In this document: piece after piece, positions 12,601-28,400 of the stretch
Layout: each line of letters begins with the position of its first letter
How positions within the stretch are numbered: position 1 is the stretch's first letter
Source: the human T2T-CHM13v2.0 reference genome, Homo sapiens
Strand: one strand, 5' to 3'
NCBI RefSeq assembly: GCF_009914755.1
Contig: NC_060925.1
Length of the DNA stretch: 64,000 nt
The notes under the pieces: model-generated
Databases searched by the model: none
What the model was told of the DNA's origin: nothing
What the model saw: the letters and a program-made list of their open reading frames with translations, nothing else
Program-made: the position numbers and the translations under genes

Positions 12601-15523
12601 TCAAACGTAAAAAAACGGAATTATCGAATGGAATCGAAGAGAATCATCGAATGGACCCGAATGGAATCATCTAATGGAATGGAATGGAATAATCCATGGA
12701 CTCGAATGCAATCATCATCGAATGGAATCGAATGGAATCATCGAGTGGACTCGAATGGAATAATCATTGAACGGAATCGAATGGAATCATCATCGGATGT
12801 AAATGAATGGAATCATCATCGAATGGAATCGAATAGAATTATGGAATGAAATCCAGTGTGATCATCATCGAATGGACCCGAATGGAATCATCATCCAACG
12901 GAAGCTAATGGAATCAACATGGAATGAATCGAATGGAAACACCATCGAATTGAAACGAATGGAATTATCATGAAATTGAAATGGATGGACTCATCATCGA
13001 ATGGATTCGAATGGAATCATCGAATAAAATTGATTGAAATCATCATCGAATGGAATCGAATGGTATCATTGAATGGAATCGAATGGAATCATCATCAGAT
13101 GGAAATGAATGGAATCGTCATAGAATGGAATCGAATGGATTCATTGAATGGAATCAGATGGAATCATCGAATGGACTGGAATGGAATCATTGAATGGACT
13201 CGAAAGGGATCATGATTGAATGGAATTGAATGGAATCATCGAATGGTCTCGATTGGAATCATTATCAAATGGAATCGAATGGAATCACCGAATAGAATCG
13301 AATGGAACAATCATCGAATGGACTCAAATGGAATTATCCTCCAATGGAATCGAATGGAATTATCGAATGCAATCGAATGGAATTATCGAATGCAATCGAA
13401 TAGAATCATCGAATGGACTCGAATGGAATCATCGAATGGAATGGAATGGAACAGTCAATGAACACGAATGGAATCATCATTGAATGGAATCGAATGGAAT
13501 CATCGAGTGGAATCGAATGGAATTATGATCAAATGGAATCGAATGTAATCATCATCAAATGGAATCAAAAATAACCATCATCAATTGGTATTGAATGGAA
13601 TTGTCATCAAATGGAATTCAAAGGAATCATCATCAAATGGAACCGAATGGAATCCTCATTGAATGGAAATGAAAGGGGTCATCATCTAATGGAATCGCAT
13701 GGAATCATCATCAAATGGAATCTAATGGAATCATTGAACAGAATTGAATGGAATCGTCATCGAATGAATTGAATGCAATCATCGAATGGTCTCGAATGGA
13801 ATCATCTTCTAATGCAAAGGAATGGAATCATCGCATAGAATCGAATGGAATTATCATCAAATGGAATCGAATGGTATCAACACCAAACGGAAAAAAACGG
13901 AATTATCGAATGGAATCGAAGAGAATCTTCGAACGGACCCGAATGGAATCATCTAATGGAATGGAATGGAATAATCCATGGACTCGAATGCAATCATCAT
14001 CGAATGGAATCGAATGGAATCATCGAATGGACTCGAATGGAATAATCATTGAACGGAATCGAATGGAATCATCATCGGATGGAAACGAATGGAATCATCA
14101 TCGAATGGAAATGAAAGGAGTCATCATCTAATGCAATTGCATGGAATCATCATCAAATGGAATCGAATGGAATCAACATCAAATGGAATCTAATGGAATC
14201 ATTGAACAGAATTGAATGGAATCGTCATCGAATGAATTGACTGCAATCATCGAATGGTCTCGAATGGAATCATCTTCAAATGGAATGGAATGGAATCATC
14301 GCATAGAATCGAATGGAATTATCATCGAATGGAATCGAATGGAATCAACATCAAACGGAAAAAAACGGAATTATCGAATGGAATCGAAGAGAATCATCGA
14401 ATGGACCCGAATGGAATCATCTAATGGAATGGAATGGAATAATCCATGGACTCGAATGCAATCATCATCGAATGGAATCGAATGGAATCATCGAATGGAC
14501 TCGAATGGAATAATCATTGAACGGAATCGAATGGAATCATCATCGGATGGAAATGAATGGAATCATCATCGAATGGAATCGAATAGAATTATGGAATGAA
14601 ATCCAGTGTGATCATCATCGAATGGACCCGAATGGAATCATCATCCAACGGAAGCTAATGGAATCAACATCGAATGAATCAAATGGAAACATCATCGAAT
14701 TGAAACGAATGGAATTATCATGAAATTGAAATGGATGGACTCATCATCGAATGGATTCGAATGGAATCATCGAATAAAATTGATTGAAATCATCATCCAA
14801 TGGAATCGAATGGTATCATTGAATGGAATCGAATGGAATCATCATCAGATGGAAATGAATGGAATCGTCATAGAATGGAATCGAATGGATTCATTGAATG
14901 GAATCAGATGGAATCATCGAATGGACTGGAATGGAATCATTGAATGGACTCAAAAGGGATCATGATTGAATGGAATTGAATGGAATCATCGAATGGTCTC
15001 GATTGGAATCATTATCAAATGGAATCGAATGGAATCACCGAATAGAATCGAATGGAACAATCATCGAATGGACTCAAATGGAATTATCCTCAAATGGAAT
15101 CGAATGGAATTATCGAATGCAATCGAATGGAATTATCGAATGCAATCGAATAGAATCATCGAATGGACTCGAATGGAATCATCGAATGGAATGGAATGGA
15201 ACAGTCAATGAACTCGAATGGAATCATCATTGAATGGAATCGAATGGAATCATCGAGTGGAATCGAATGGAATTATGATCAAATGGAATCGAATGTAATC
15301 ATCATCCAATGGAATCAAAAATAACCATCATCAATTGGTATTGAATGGAATTGTCATCAAATGGAATTCAAAGGAATCATCATCAAATGGAACCGAATGG
15401 AATCCTCATTGAATGGAAATGAAAGGGGTCATCATCTAATGGAATCGCATGGAATCATCATCAAATGGAATCGAATGGAATCATCATCAAATGGAATCTA
15501 ATGGAATCATTGAACAGAATTGA

Positions 15524-16585
15524 ATGGAATCGTCATCGAATGAATTGAATGCAATCATCGAATGGTCTCGAATGGAATCATCTTCTAATGGAAAGGAATG
15601 GAATCATCGCATAGAATCGAATGGAATTATCATCGAATGGAATCGAATGGTATCAACACCAAACGGAAAAAAACGGAATTATCGAATGGAATCGAAGAGA
15701 ATCTTCGAACGGACCCGAATGGAATCATCTAATGGAATGGAATGGAATAATCCATGGACTCGAATGCAATCATCATCGAATGGAATCGAATGGAATCATC
15801 GAATGGACTCGAATGGAATAATCATTGAACGGAATCGAATGGAATCATCATCGGATGGAAACGAATGGAATCATCATCGAATGGAAATGAAAGGAGTCAT
15901 CATCTAATGGAATTGCATGGAATCATCATAAAATGGAATCGAATGGAATCAACATCAAATGGAATCAAATGGAATCATTGAACGGAATTGAATGGAATCG
16001 TCATCGAATGAATTGACTGCAATCATCGAATGGTTCGAATGGAATCATCTTCAAATGGAATGGAATGGAATCATCGCATAGAATCGAATGGAATTATCAT
16101 CGAATGGAATCGAATGGAATCAACATCAAACGGAAAAAAACGGAATTATCGAATGGAATCGAAGAGAATCATCGAATGGACCCGAATGGAATCATCTAAT
16201 GGAATGGAATGGAATAATCCATGGACTCGAATGCAATCATCATCGAATGGAATCGAATGGAATCATCGAATGAACTCGAATGGAATCATCATTGAATGGA
16301 ATCGAATGGAATCATCGAGTGGAATCGAATGGAATTATGATCAAATGGAATCGAATGTAATCATCATCAAATGGAATCAAAAATAACCATCATCAATTGG
16401 TATTGAATGGAATTGTCATCAAATGGAATTCAAAGGAATCATCATCAAATGGAACCGAATGGAATCCTCATTGAATGGAAATGAAAGGGGTCATCATCTA
16501 ATGGAATCGCATGGAATCATCATCAAATGGAATCGAATGGAATCATCATCAAATGGAATCTAATGGAATCATTGAACAGAATTGA
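15524..16585 (+). repeat. 1062-bp truncated unit (713-bp deletion near 16270 plus 1-bp deletion near 16034)
   Basis: Junction AATCATCGAATGAACTCGAATGGAATCATCATTG; GGTTCG replaces GGTCTCG at about 16032. Confidence 0.9.
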
Positions 16586-18361
16586 ATGGAATCGTCATCG
16601 AATGAATTGAATGCAATCATCGAATGGTCTCGAATGGAATCATCTTCTAATGGAAAGGAATGGAATCATCGCATAGAATCGAATGGAATTATCATCGAAT
16701 GGAATCGAATGGTATCAACACCAAATGGAAAAAAACGGAATTATCGAATGGAATCGAAGAGAATCTTCGAACGGACCCGAATGGAATCATCTAATGGAAT
16801 GGAATGGAATAATCCATGGACTCGAATGCAATCATCATCGAATGGAATGGAATGGAATCATCGAATGGACTCGAATGGAATAATCATTGAACGGAATCGA
16901 ATGGAATCATCATCGGATGGAAACGAATGGAATCATCATCGAATGGAAATGAAAGGAGTCATCATCTAATGGAATTGCATGGAATCATCATAAAATGGAA
17001 TCGAATGGAATCAACATCAAATGGAATCAAATGGAATCATTGAACGGAATTGAATGGAATCGTCATCGAATGAATTGACTGCAATCATCGAATGGTCTCG
17101 AATGGAATCATCTTCAAATGGAATGGAATGGAATCATCGCATAGAATCGAATGGAATTATCATCGAATGGAATCGAATGGAATCAACATCAAACGGAAAA
17201 AAACGGAATTATCGAATGGAATCGAAGAGAATCATCGAATGGACCCGAATGGAATCATCTAATGGAATGGAATGGAATAATCCATGGACTCGAATGCAAT
17301 CATCATCGAATGGAATCGAATGGAATCATCGAATGGACTCGAATGGAATAATCATTGAACGGAAACGAATGGAATCATCATTGGATGGAAATGAATGGAA
17401 TCATCATCGAATGGAATCGAATAGAATTATGGAATGAAATCCAGTGTGATCATCATCGAATGGACCCGAATGGAATCATCATCCAACGGAAGCTAATGGA
17501 ATCAACATCGAATGAATCGAATGGAAACACCATCGAATTGAAACGAATGGAATTATCATGAAATTGAAATGGATGGACTCATCATCGAATGGATTCGAAT
17601 AGAATCATCGAATAAAATTGATTGAAATCATCATCGAATGGAATCGAATGGTATCATTGAATGGAATCGAATGGAATCATCATCAGATGGAAATGAATGG
17701 AATCGTCATAGAATGGAATCGAATGGATTCATTGAATGGAATCAGATGGAATCATCGAATGGACTGGAATGGAATCATTGAATGGACTCGAAAGGGATCA
17801 TGATTGAATGGAATTGAATGGAATCATCGAATGGTCTCGATTGGAATCATTATCAAATGGAATCGAATGGAATCACCGAATAGAATCGAATGGAACAATC
17901 ATCGAATGGACTCAAATGGAATTATCCTCAAATGGAATCGAATGGAATTATCGAATGCAATCGAATGGAATTTTCGAATGCAATCGAATAGAATCATCGA
18001 ATGGACTCGAATGGAATCATCGAATAGAATGGAATGGAACAGTCAATGAACTCGAATGGAATCATCATTGAATGGAATCGAATGGAATCATCGAGTGGAA
18101 TCGAATGGAATTATGATCAAATGGAATCGAATGTAATCATCATCAAATGGAATCAAAAATAACCATCATCAATTGGTATTGAATGGAATTGTCATCAAAT
18201 GGAATTCAAAGGAATCATCATCAAATGGAACCGAATGGAATCCTCATTGAATGGAAATGAAAGGGGTCATCATCTAATGGAATCGCATGGAATCATCATC
18301 AAATGGAATCGAATGGAATCATCATCAAATGGAATCTAATGGAATCATTGAACAGAATTGA

Positions 18362-19424
18362 ATGGAATGGTCATCGAATGAATTGAATGCAATCATCGAA
18401 TGGTCTCGAATGGAATCATCTTCTAATGGAAAGGAATGGAATCATCGCATAGAATCGAATGGAATTATCATCGAATGGAATCGAATGGTATCAACACCAA
18501 ACGGAAAAAAACGGAATTATCGAATGGAATCGAAGAGAATCTTCGAACGGACCCGAATGGAATCATCTAATGGAATGGAATGGAATAATCCATGGACTCG
18601 AATGCAATCATCATCGAATGGAATCGAATGGAATCATCGAATGGACTCAAATGGAATAATCATTGAACGGAATCGAATTGAATCATCATCGGATGGAAAC
18701 GAATGGAATCATCATCGAATGGAAATGAAAGGAGTCATCATCTAATGGAATTGCATGGAATCATCATCAAATGGAATCGAATGGAATCAACATCAAATGG
18801 AATCAAATGGAATAATTGAACGGAATTGAATGGAATCGTCATCGAATGAATTGACTGCAATCATCGAATGGTCTCGAATGGAATCATCTTCAAATGGAAT
18901 GGAATGGAATCATCGCATAAAATCGAATGGAATTATCATCGAATGGAATCGAATGGAATCAACATCAAACGGAAAAAAACGGAATTATCGAATGGAATCG
19001 AAGAGAATCATCGAATGGACCCGAATGGAAACATCTAATGGAATGGAATGGAATAATCCATGGACTCGAATGCAATCATCATCGAATGGAATCGAATGGA
19101 ATCATCGAATGAACTCGAATGGAATCATCATTGAATGGAATCGAATGGAATCATCGAGTGGAATCGAATGGAATTATGATCAAATGGAATCGAATGTAAT
19201 CATCATCAAATGGAATCAAAAATAACCATCATCAATTGGTATTGAATGGAATTGTCATCAAATGGAATTCAAAGGAATCATCATCAAATGGAACCGAATG
19301 GAATCCTCATTGAATGGAAATGAAAGGGGTCATCATCTAATGGAATCGCATGGAATCATCATCAAATGGAATCGAATGGAATCATCATCAAATGGAATCT
19401 AATGGAATCATTGAACAGAATTGA
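18362..19424 (+). repeat. 1063-bp truncated unit (same 713-bp deletion near 19110)
   Basis: Identical junction ATCATCGAATGAACTCGAATGG; anchor spacing 18362 to 19425. Confidence 0.9.
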
Positions 19425-22400
19425 ATGGAATCGTCATCGAATGAATTGAATGCAATCATCGAATGGTCTCGAATGGAATCATCTTCTAATGGAAAGGAAT
19501 GGAATCATCGCATAGAATCGAATGGAATTATCATCGAATGGAATCGAATGGTATCAACACCAAACGGAAAAAAACGGAATTATCGAATGGAATCGAAGAG
19601 AATCTTCGAACGGACCCGAATGGAATCATCTAATGGAATGGAATGGAATAATCCATGGACTCGAATTCAATCATCATTGAATGGAATCGAATGGAATCAT
19701 CGAATGGACTCGAATGGAATAATCATTGAACGGAATCGAATGGAATCATCATCGGATGGAAACGAATGGAATCATCATCGAATGGAAATGAAAGGAGTCA
19801 TCATCTAATGGAATTGCATGGAATCATCATAAAATGGAATCGAATGGAATCAACATCAAATGGAATCAAATGGAATCATTGAACGGAATTGAATGGAATC
19901 GTCATCGAATGAATTGACTGCAATCATCGAATGGTCTCGAATGGAATCATCTTCAAATGGAATGGAATGGAATCATCGCATAGAATCGAATGGAATTATC
20001 ATCGAATGGAATCGAATGGAATCAACATCAAACGGAAAAAAACGGAATTATCGAATGGAATCGAAGAGAATCATCGAATGGACCCGAATGGAATCATCTA
20101 ATGGAATGGAATGGAATAATCCATGGACTCGAATGCAATCATCATCGAATGGAATCGAATGGAATCATCGAATGGACTCGAATGGAATAATCATTGAACG
20201 GAAACGAATGGAATCATCATCGGATGGAAATGAATGGAATCATCATGGAATGGAATCGAATAGAATTATGGAATGAAATCCAGTGTGATCATCATCGAAT
20301 GGACCCGAATGGAATCATCATCCAACGGAAGCTAATGGAATCAACATCGAATGAATCGAATGGAAACACCATCGAATTGAAACGAATGGAATTATCATGA
20401 AATTGAAATGGATGGACTCATCATCGAATGGATTCGAATGGAATCATCGAATAAAATTGATTGAAATCATCATCGAATGGAATCGAATGGTATCATTGAA
20501 TGGAATCGAATGGAATCATCATCAGATGGAAATGAATGGAATCGTCATAGAATGGAATCGAATGGATTCATTGAATGGAATCAGATGGAATCATCGAATG
20601 GACTGGAATGGAATCATTGAATGGACTCGAAAGGGATCATGATTGAATGGAATTGAATGGAATCATCGAATGGTCTCGATTGGAATCATTATCAAATGGA
20701 ATCGAATGGAATCACCGAATAGAATCGAATGGAACAATCATCGAATGGACTCAAATGGAATTATCCTCAAATGGAATCGAATGGAATTATCGAATGCAAT
20801 CGAATGGAATTATCGAATGCAATCGAATAGAATCATCGAATGGACTCGAATGGAATCATCGAATGGAATGGAATGGAACAGTCAATGAACACGAATGGAA
20901 TCATCATTGAATGGAATCGAATGGAATCATCGAGTGGAATCGAATGGAATTATGATCAAATGGAATCGAATGTAATCATCATCAAATGGAATCAAAAATA
21001 ACCATCATCAATTGGTATTGAATGGAATTGTCATCAAATGGAATTCAAAGGAATCATCATCAAATGGAACCGAATGGAATCCTCATTGAATGGAAATGAA
21101 AGGGGTCATCATCTAATGGAATCGCATGGAATCATCATCAAATGGAATCTAATGGAATCATTGAACAGAATTGAATGGAATCGTCATCGAATGAATTGAA
21201 TGCAATCATCGAATGGTCTCGAATGGAATCATCTTCTAATGGAAAGGAATGGAATCATCGCATAGAATCGAATGGAATTATCATCGAATGGAATCGAATG
21301 GTATCAACACCAAAAGGAAAAAAACGGAATTATCGAATGGAATCGAAGAGAATCTTCGAACGGACCCGAATGGAATCATCTAATGGAATGGAATGGAATA
21401 ATCCATGGACTCGAATGCAATCATCATTGAATGGAATCGAATGGAATCATCGAATGGACTCGAATGGAATAATCATTGAACGGAATCGAATGGAATCATC
21501 ATCGGATGGAATCGAATGGAAACATCATCGAATGGAAATGAAAGGAGTCATCATCTAATGGAATTGCATGGAATCATCATAAAATGGAATCGAATGGAAT
21601 CAACATCAAATGGAATCAAATGGAATCATTGAACGGAATTGAATGGAATCGTCATCGAATGAATTGACTGCAATCATCGAATGGTCTCGAATGGAATCAT
21701 CTTCAAATGGAATGGAATGGAATCATCGCATAGAATCGAATGGAATTATCATCGAATGGAATCGAATGGAATCAACATCAAACGGAAATAAACGGAATTA
21801 TCGAATGGAATCGAAGAGAATCATCGAATGGACCCGAATGGAATCATCTAATGGAATGGAATGGAATAATCCATGGACTCGAATGCAATCATCATCGAAT
21901 GGAATCGAATGGAATCATCGAATGGACTCGAATGGAATAATCATTGAACGGAAACGAATGGAATCATCATCGGATGGAAATGAATGGAATCATCATGGAA
22001 TGGAATCGAATAGAATTATGGAATGAAATCCAGTGTGATCATCATCGAATGGACCCGAATGGAATCATCATCCAACGGAAGCTAATGGAATCAACATCGA
22101 ATGAATCGAATGGAAACACCATCGAATTGAAACGAATGGAATTATCATGAAATTGAAATGGATGGACTCATCATCGAATGGATTCGAATGGAATCATCGA
22201 ATAAAATTGATTGAAATCATCATCGAATGGAATCGAATGGTATCATTGAATGGAATCGAATGGAATCATCATCAGATGGAAATGAATGGAATCGTCATAG
22301 AATGGAATCGAATGGATTCATTGAATGGAATCAGATGGAATCATCGTATGGACTGGAATGGAATCATTGAATGGACTCGAAAGGGATCATGATTGAATGG

Positions 22401-25400
22401 AATTGAATGGAATCATCGAATGGTCTCGATTGGAATCATTATCAAATGGAATCGAATGGAATCACCGAATAGAATCGAATGGAACAATCATCGAATGGAC
22501 TCAAATGGAATTATCCTCAAATGGAATCGAATGGAATTATCGAATGCAATCGAATGGAATTATCGAATGCAATCGAATAGAATCATCGAAAGGACTCGAA
22601 TGGAATCATCGAATGGAATGGAATGGAACAGTCAATGAACTCGAATGGAATCATCATTGAATGGAATCGAATGGAATCATCGAGTGGAATCGAATGGAAT
22701 TATGATCAAATGGAATCGAATGTAATCATCATCAAATGGAATCAAAAATAACCATCATCAATTGGTATTGAATGGAATTGTCATCAAATGGAATTCAAAG
22801 GAATCATCATCAAATGGAACCGAATGGAATCCTCATTGAATGGAAATGAAAGGGGTCATCATCTAATGGAATCGCATGGAATCATCATCAAATGGAATCG
22901 AATGGAATCATTGAACAGAATTGAATGGAATCGTCATCGAATGAATTGAATGCAATCATCGAATGGTCTCGAATGGAATCATCTTCTAATGGAAACGAAT
23001 GGAATCATCGCATAGAATCGAATGGAATTATCATCGAATGGAATCGAATGGTATCAACACCAAACGGAAAAAAACGGAATTATCGAATGGAATCGAAGAG
23101 AATCTTCGAACGGACCCGAATGGAATCATCTAATGGAATGGAATGGAATAATCCATGGACTCGAATGCAATCATCATCGAATGGAATCGAATGGAATCAT
23201 CGAATGGACTCGAATGGAATAATCATTGAACGGAATCGAATGGAATCATCATCGGATGGAAACGAATGGAATCATCATCGAATGGAAATGAAAGGAGTCA
23301 TCATCTAATGGAATTGCATGGAATCATCATAAAATGGAATCGAATGGAATCAACATCAAATGGAATCAAATGGAATCATTGAACGGAATTGAATGGAATC
23401 GTCATCGAATGAATTGACTGCAATCATCGAATGGTCTCGGAATCATCTTCAAATGGAATGGAATGGAATCATCGCATAGAATCGAATGGAATTATCATCG
23501 AATGGAATCGAATGGAATCAACATCAAACGGAAAAAAACGGAATTATCGAATGGAATCGAAGAGAATCATCGAATGGACCCGAATGGAATCATCTAATGG
23601 AATGGAATGGAATAATCCATGGACTCGAATGCAATCATCATCGAATGGAATCGAATGGAATCATCGAATGGACTCGAATGGAATAATCATTGAACGGAAT
23701 CGAATGGAATCATCATCGGATGGAAATGAATGGAATCATCATCGAATGGAATCGAATAGAATTATGGAATGAAATCCAGTGTGATCATCATCGAATGGAC
23801 CCGAATGGAATCATCATCCAACGGAAGCTAATGGAATCAACATCGAATGAATCGAATGGAAACACCATCGAATTGAAACGAATGGAATTATCATGAAATT
23901 GAAATGGATGGACTCATCATCGAATGGATTCGAATGGAATCATCGAATAAAATTGATTGAAATCATCATCGAATGGAATCGAATGGTATCATTGAATGGA
24001 ATCGAATGGAATCATCATCAGATGGAAATGAATGGAATCGTCATAGAATGGAATCGAATGGATTCATTGAATGGAATCAGATGGAATCATCGAATGGACT
24101 GGAATGGAATCATTGAATGGACTCGAAAGGGATCATGATTGAATGGAATTGAATGGAATCATCGAATGGTCTCGATTGGAATCATTATCAAATGGAATCG
24201 AATGGAATCACCGAATAGAATCGAATGGAACAATCATCGAATGGACTCAAATGGAATTATCCTCCAATGGAATCGAATGGAATTATCGAATGCAATCGAA
24301 TGGAATTATCGAATGCAATCGAATAGAATCATCGAATGGACTCGAATGGAATCATCGAATGGAACGGAATGGAACAGTCAATGAACACGAATGGAATCAT
24401 CATTGAATGGAATCGAATGGAATCATCGAGTGGAATCGAATGGAATTATGATCAAATGGAATCGAATGTAATCATCATCAAATGGAATCAAAAATAACCA
24501 TCATCAATTGGTATTGAATGGAATTGTCATCAAATGGAATTCAAAGGAATCATCATCAAATGGAACCGAATGGAATCCTCATTGAATGGAAATGAAAGGG
24601 GTCATCATCTAATGGAATCGCATGGAATCATCATCAAATGGAATCGAATGGAATCATCATCAAATGGAATGTAATGGAATCATTGAACAGAATTGAATGG
24701 AATCGTCATCGAATGAATTGAATGCAATCATCGAATGGTCTCGAATGGAATCATCTTCTAATGGAAAGGAATGGAATCATCGCATAGAATCGAATGGAAT
24801 TATCATCGAATGGAATCGAATGGTATCAACACCAAACGGAAAAAAACGGAATTATCGAATGGAATCGAAGAGAATCTTCGAACGGACCCGAATGGAATCA
24901 TCTAATGGAATGGAATGGAATAATCCATGGACTCGAATGCAATCATCATCGAATGGAATCGAATGGAATCATCGAATGGACTCGAATGGAATAATCATTG
25001 AACGGAATCGAATGGAATCATAATCGGATGGAAACGAATGGAATCATCATCGAATGGAAATGAAAGGAGTCATCATCTAATGCAATTGCATGGAATCATC
25101 ATCAAATGGAATCGAATGGATTCAACATCAAATGGAATCTAATGGAATCATTGAACAGAATTGAATGGAATCGTCATCGAATGAATTGACTGCAATCATC
25201 GAATGGTCTCGAATGGAATCATCTTCAAATGGAATGGAATGGAATCATCGCATAGAATCGAATGGAATTATCATCGAATGGAATCGAATGGAATCAACAT
25301 CAAACGGAAAAAAACGGAATTATCGAATGGAATCGAAGAGAATCATCGAATGGACCCGAATGGAATCATCTAATGGAATGGAATGGAATAATCCATGGAC

Positions 25401-28400
25401 TCGAATGCAATCATCATCGAATGGAATCGAATGGAATCATCGAATGGACTCGAATGGAATAATCATTGAACGGAATCGAATGGAATCATCATCGGATGGA
25501 AATGAATGGAATCATCATGGAATGGAATCGAATAGAATTATGGAATGAAATCCAGTGTGATCATCATCGAATGGACCCGAATGGAATCATCATCCAACGG
25601 AAGCTAATGGAATCAACATCGAATGAATCGAATGGAAACACCATCGAATTGAAACGAATGGAATTATCATGAAATTGAAATGGATGGACTCATCATCGAA
25701 TGGATTCGAATGGAATCATCGAATAAAATTGATTGAAATCATCATCCAATGGAATCGAATGGTATCATTGAATGGAATCGAATGGAATCATCATCAGATG
25801 GAAATGAATGGAATCGTCATAGAATGGAATCGAATGGATTCATTGAATGGAATCAGATGGAATCATCGAATGGACTGGAATGGAATCATTGAATGGACTC
25901 GAAAGGGATCATGATTGAATGGAATTGAATGGAATCATCGAATGGTCTCGATTGGAATCATTATCAAATGGAATCGAATGGAATCACCGAATAGAATCGA
26001 ATGGAACAATCATCGAATGGACTCAAATGGAATTATCCTCAAATGGAATCGAATGGAATTATCGAATGCAATCGAATGGAATTATCGAATGCAATCGAAT
26101 AGAATCATCGAATGGACTCGAATGGAATCATCGAATGGAATGGAATGGAACAGTCAATGAACTCGAATGGAATCATCATTGAATGGAATCGAATGGAATC
26201 ATCGAGTGGAATCGAATGGAATTATGATCAAATGGAATCGAATGTAATCATCATCAAATGGAATCAAAAATAACCATCATCAATTGGTATTGAATGGAAT
26301 TGTCATCAAATGGAATTCAAAGGAATCATCATCAAATGGAACCGAATGGAATCCTCATTGAATGGAAATGAAAGGGGTCATCATCTAATGGAATCGCATG
26401 GAATCATCATCAAATGGAATCGAATGGAATCATCATCAAATGGAATCTAATGGAATCATTGAACAGAATTGAATGGAATCGTCATCGAATGAATTGAATG
26501 CAATCATCGAATGGTCTCGAATGGAATCATCTTCTAATGGAAAGGAATGGAATCATCGCATAGAATCGAATGGAATTATCATCGAATGGAATCGAATGGT
26601 ATCAACACCAAACGGAAAAAAACGGAATTATCGAATGGAATCGAAGAGAATCTTCGAACGGACCCGAATGGAATCATCTAATGGAATGGAATGGAATAAT
26701 CCATGGACTCGAATGCAATCATCATCGAATGGAATCGAATGGAATCATCGAATGGACTCGAATGGAATAATCATTGAACGGAATCGAATGGAATCATCAT
26801 CGGATGGAAACGAATGGAATCATCATCGAATGGAAATGAAAGGAGTCATCATCTAATGGAATTGCATGGAATCATCATAAAATGGAATCGAATGGAATCA
26901 ACATCAAATGGAATCAAATGGAATCATTGAACGGAATTGAATGGAATCGTCATCGAATGAATTGACTGCAATCATCGAATGGTCTCGGAATCATCTTCAA
27001 ATGGAATGGAATGGAATCATCGCATAGAATCGAATGGAATTATCATCGAATGGAATCGAATGGAATCAACATCAAACGGAAAAAAACGGAATTATCGAAT
27101 GGAATCGAAGAGAATCATCGAATGGACCCGAATGGAATCATCTAATGGAATGGAATGGAATAATCCATGGACTCGAATGCAATCATCATCGAATGGAATC
27201 GAATGGAATCATCGAATGGACTCGAATGGAATAATCATTGAACGGAATCGAATGGAATCATCATCGGATGGAAATGAATGGAATCATCATCGAATGGAAT
27301 CGAATAGAATTATGGAATGAAATCCAGTGTGATCATCATCGAATGGACCCGAATGGAATCATCATCCAACGGAAGCTAATGGAATCAACATCGAATGAAT
27401 CGAATGGAAACACCATCGAATTGAAACGAATGGAATTATCATGAAATTGAAATGGATGGACTCATCATCGAATGGATTCGAATGGAATCATCGAATAAAA
27501 TTGATTGAAATCATCATCGAATGGAATCGAATGGTATCATTGAATGGAATCGAATGGAATCATCATCAGATGGAAATGAATGGAATCGTCATAGAATGGA
27601 ATCGAATGGATTCATTGAATGGAATCAGATGGAATCATCGAATGGACTGGAATGGAATCATTGAATGGACTCGAAAGGGATCATGATTGAATGGAATTGA
27701 ATGGAATCATCGAATGGTCTCGATTGGAATCATTATCAAATGGAATCGAATGGAATCACCGAATAGAATCGAATGGAACAATCATCGAATGGACTCAAAT
27801 GGAATTATCCTCCAATGGAATCGAATGGAATTATCGAATGCAATCGAATGGAATTATCGAATGCAATCGAATAGAATCATCGAATGGACTCGAATGGAAT
27901 CATCGAATGGAATGGAATGGAACAGTCAATGAACTCGAATGGAATCATCATTGAATGGAATCGAATGGAATCATCGAGTGGAATCGAATGGAATTATGAT
28001 CAAATGGAATCGAATGTAATCCTCATCAAATGGAATCAAAAATAACCATCATCAATTGGTATTGAATGGAATTGTCATCAAATGGAATTCAAAGGAATCA
28101 TCATCAAATGGAACCGAATGGAATCCTCATTGAATGGAAATGAAAGGGGTCATCATCTAATGGAATCGCATGGAATCATCATCAAATGGAATCGAATGGA
28201 ATCATCATCAAATGGAATCTAATGGAATCATTGAACAGAATTGAATGGAATCGTCATCGAATGAATTGAATGCAATCATCGAATGGTCTCGAATGGAATC
28301 ATCTTCTAATGGAAAGGAATGGAATCATCGCATAGAATCGAATGGAATTATCATCGAATGGAATCGAATGGTATCAACACCAAACGGAAAAAAACGGAAT

